Shown in pieces: positions 52,666 through 54,565 of a stretch of DNA of 54,565 bases. Source of the DNA: an uncultured Rhodospirillales bacterium (GTDB taxonomy: Bacteria; Pseudomonadota; Alphaproteobacteria; Acetobacterales; Acetobacteraceae). Position 1 is the first letter of the stretch, and every line of letters begins with the position of its first letter. The notes under the pieces are model-generated. The model saw nothing but the letters and a program-made list of their open reading frames with translations, did not search any database and had not been told where the DNA came from. Both the position numbers and the translations under genes were made by a program. The stretch is taken from NCBI GenBank assembly GCA_945957135.1, contig CAMFLK010000001.1:1-54565 (forward strand), given 5' to 3'.

Positions 52666-54066
52666 TCATGGCTCGGCTGCCCCCGCCGCACCACGGTCAT
52701 GAAACGTGAACCGGGCGACGAGATCGGAGAGGTGGCCGACCTCCGCCAGCTCCAGCCCCTCGGCCGATCGCCGGCCGCGCGCGGGCGGGCGGGGCAGGCT
52801 GGCGCGCGCGAAGCCAAGCTTCTGCGCCTCCTTCAGCCGCAGGTCGGCCTGGGCCACCTGGCGCACCTCGCCGGACAGGCCGACCTCGCCGAAATAGACC
52901 ATGCCGGGGTCGGTGGGCTGGTCGCTGGCCGCCGAGACGAGGGCGGCGGCCACCGCCAGATCGGCCGCCGGCTCGCTGACCCTGAGCCCGCCGGCGACGT
53001 TGAGATAGACATCCGTCGCCCCCAGGCGCAGGCCGCAACGCGTTTCCAGCACCGCCATCAGCATGGCCAGCCGGCCGGAATCCCAGCCGATCACCGAGCG
53101 GCGCGGCGACCCGCCGGGGTTGGGCGACAGCAGCGCCTGGATCTCCACCAGCACCGGCCGGCTGCCCTCCAGCCCCGCGAACACCGCCGAGCCGGACACG
53201 TTGCCCCGCCGCTCCGCCAGGAACAGGGCGGAAGGATTGGCCACCTCATCGAGCCCGCGCCCGGTCATGGCGAACACGCCGATCTCGTCCGTGGCGCCGA
53301 ACCGGTTCTTCACCCCGCGCAGGATGCGGAACTGGTGGCCGCGATCGCCTTCGAAATACAGCACCGCATCCACCATGTGCTCCAGCACGCGGGGGCCGGC
53401 GATGGCGCCGTCCTTGGTGACATGGCCCACCAGCACCACGGAGAAATTCCGCGTCTTGGCCGCGCGGATCAGCTCGAAACTGCACGCCCGCACCTGCCCC
53501 ACGCTGCCCGGCGCGGAATCCAGGCTGTCGAGCCACATGGTCTGGATCGAGTCGATCACCACCAGCGTGGTGTCGGCGGCCGCCTCCAGCGTCGCGACGA
53601 TGTCGCGCAGGTTGATCGCCGCCGCCAGCTCCAACGGCGCATCCGCCAGCCCCAGCCGCCGGGCGCGCAGCCGCACCTGCTCGATCGCCTCCTCGCCCGA
53701 AATATACAGCACCCGCCGCCCGCCCCGCGCCAAGGCTGCCGCGGCCTGCAACAACAAGGTGGACTTGCCGATGCCGGGATCGCCGCCCAGCAGCACCGCC
53801 GAACCCGGCACCAGCCCGCCGCCCAGCACCCGGTCCAGCTCCGCGATCCCCGTGGCCGCCCGCGGCGGCGGCTCCGCGCTGCCGGCCAGACTGACCAGCG
53901 CGATCTTCCGCGCCGCGACCGGCTTGGCCTTGGCAAGCCCCGGCCCCGCCTCCACCTGCTCCTCCACCAGCGTGTTCCACGCGCCGCAGGTCTCGCACTT
54001 GCCCGCCCATTTCGGCGACACCGCCCCACAGGCCTGGCACACATACCGCGTCGCGGCCCTAGCCAT
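52666..54066 (-). CDS. radA: DNA repair protein RadA
   Basis: ATG at 54066. Zinc finger CQACGAVSPKWAGKCETCGAWNT, Walker A GDPGIGKST, KNRFG motif and a Lon-protease-like C-terminal domain. Confidence 0.9.
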   Translation of the reverse strand: MARAATRYVCQACGAVSPKWAGKCETCGAWNTLVEEQVEAGPGLAKAKPVAARKIALVSLAGSAEPPPRAATGIAELDRVLGGGLVPGSAVLLGGDPGIGKSTLLLQAAAALARGGRRVLYISGEEAIEQVRLRARRLGLADAPLELAAAINLRDIVATLEAAADTTLVVIDSIQTMWLDSLDSAPGSVGQVRACSFELIRAAKTRNFSVVLVGHVTKDGAIAGPRVLEHMVDAVLYFEGDRGHQFRILRGVKNRFGATDEIGVFAMTGRGLDEVANPSALFLAERRGNVSGSAVFAGLEGSRPVLVEIQALLSPNPGGSPRRSVIGWDSGRLAMLMAVLETRCGLRLGATDVYLNVAGGLRVSEPAADLAVAAALVSAASDQPTDPGMVYFGEVGLSGEVRQVAQADLRLKEAQKLGFARASLPRPPARGRRSAEGLELAEVGHLSDLVARFTFHDRGAAGAAEP

Positions 54067-54115
54067 GACCACCCCACCCCGCGCAAACTGGCGACGCAAC
54101 GACCGGACCCCGACC

Positions 54116-54466
54116 ATGCCCCGCCTCGTGCTCGCCGCCCTCGCCCTGCTCCTGCCGCTGGCCGCCCAGGCCGCCCCCCGCCGGGTGCTGGAAGCCAAAC
54201 CCGCCGCCGAAGCCATCATCGACGGCCGCACCCAGGAATTCTCCGTCCGCTTCGACGGACCGGTGGACCACCTCAATTCCCGCCTGTTCATCACGCAAAA
54301 CGGCCGGACCGTGGAAACCCTCACCGTGCTGCGCGACTCCGCCCCGGACGTGCTGTTCGCCACGGCACCCGTCCTGAAGTCGGGGAACTATCTTTTGAAC
54401 TGGGAAGCGAAGGCGGTGCCGGAAGGCGAGGCAAGCAACGGGTCGCTGGCGTTCAGCGTGAAGTAA
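54116..54466 (+). CDS. CopC-domain periplasmic copper-binding protein
   Basis: Signal peptide MPRLVLAALALLLPLAAQAA. About 95-aa Ig-like body ending ..GSLAFSVK, typical of CopC/YobA. An in-frame ATG at 54065 is possible but less likely. Confidence 0.65.
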   Translation: MPRLVLAALALLLPLAAQAAPRRVLEAKPAAEAIIDGRTQEFSVRFDGPVDHLNSRLFITQNGRTVETLTVLRDSAPDVLFATAPVLKSGNYLLNWEAKAVPEGEASNGSLAFSVK

Positions 54467-54468
54467 GG

Positions 54469-54530
54469 CCAGGGGCGCTGCCCCTGGACTCCAAGGCAAG
54501 GCGAGGGGCTCTGCCCCTCGACCCCTTGCC
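54469..54530. terminator. Pair of related GC-rich hairpins (REP-like / terminator) downstream of the CopC-like gene
   Basis: CCAGGGGC-GCT-GCCCCTGG (54469-54487) and CGAGGGGC-TCT-GCCCCTCG (54502-54520). The second is extended by GGCAAGG..CCTTGCC (54495-54530). Confidence 0.5.
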
Positions 54531-54565
54531 GCGACAAGAGGTCGCGGCGGGGGCCTCAGGCCCCA

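Noticed and set aside
54065-54115. Alternative start for the CopC-like gene at ATG 54065, which would overlap the radA start codon (CATG), as at 40902-40905
   Set aside because: The extra 17 residues (MTTPPRANWRRNDRTPT) precede a perfectly good signal peptide that begins at Met 54116. The shorter form is more plausible, although the longer one is not excluded.

Overview
High-GC (about 65-72% in hand-counted 60-nt lines) chromosomal segment that looks alphaproteobacterial (Rhodospirillales/Acetobacteraceae-like gene content). It is densely packed with about 50 protein genes. I found no rRNA, tRNA, CRISPR array, transposase or integrase. Recognisable blocks, left to right: (1) nitroreductase, NifU, LysE exporter. 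(2) An Fe(3+) ABC importer with a candidate iron-box operator. (3) LLM oxidoreductase, then MarR-EmrA-EmrB efflux. (4) A minus-strand operon of an AMP-forming acyl-CoA ligase plus a Dpp/Opp-type ABC importer. It sits next to a LysR gene, which is divergent from an ADP-forming acyl-CoA synthetase, two tandem near-identical crotonase-fold genes and a CMD/AhpD-like pair. (5) HAD dehalogenase and a 1100-aa AsmA-like protein. (6) glnE-bcp. (7) A redox cluster: small membrane protein, mini-catalase, GMC flavoprotein and an 823-aa di-haem lipoprotein. (8) PIG-L/ThuA-like fusion protein divergent from a sugar ABC importer plus an ArgH-like lyase. (9) aroE, class II aldolase, ybaK-like, hemW, an orphan YefM antitoxin, SDR, purF, cvpA, radA and a CopC-like gene. 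The most unusual signals are non-coding. One is an extremely AT-rich, roughly 155-170 bp nested-palindrome element present twice, punctuating the redox cluster and supplying stop/start regions of the flanking genes. The other is a GC-rich ~280 bp composite hairpin element present three times (one copy is a deletion derivative inside the iron-transport operon), with compensatory base-pair changes between copies. Also notable: a 621-bp near-identical tandem duplication of crotonase-fold genes that lack both canonical catalytic glutamates, a lower-GC segment at about 16.4-23.3 kb that ends at a C5/C9/C8 tract, and several head-to-head gene pairs with 0-19 bp between start codons. All functional calls rest on motif recognition from memory; no searches were run.
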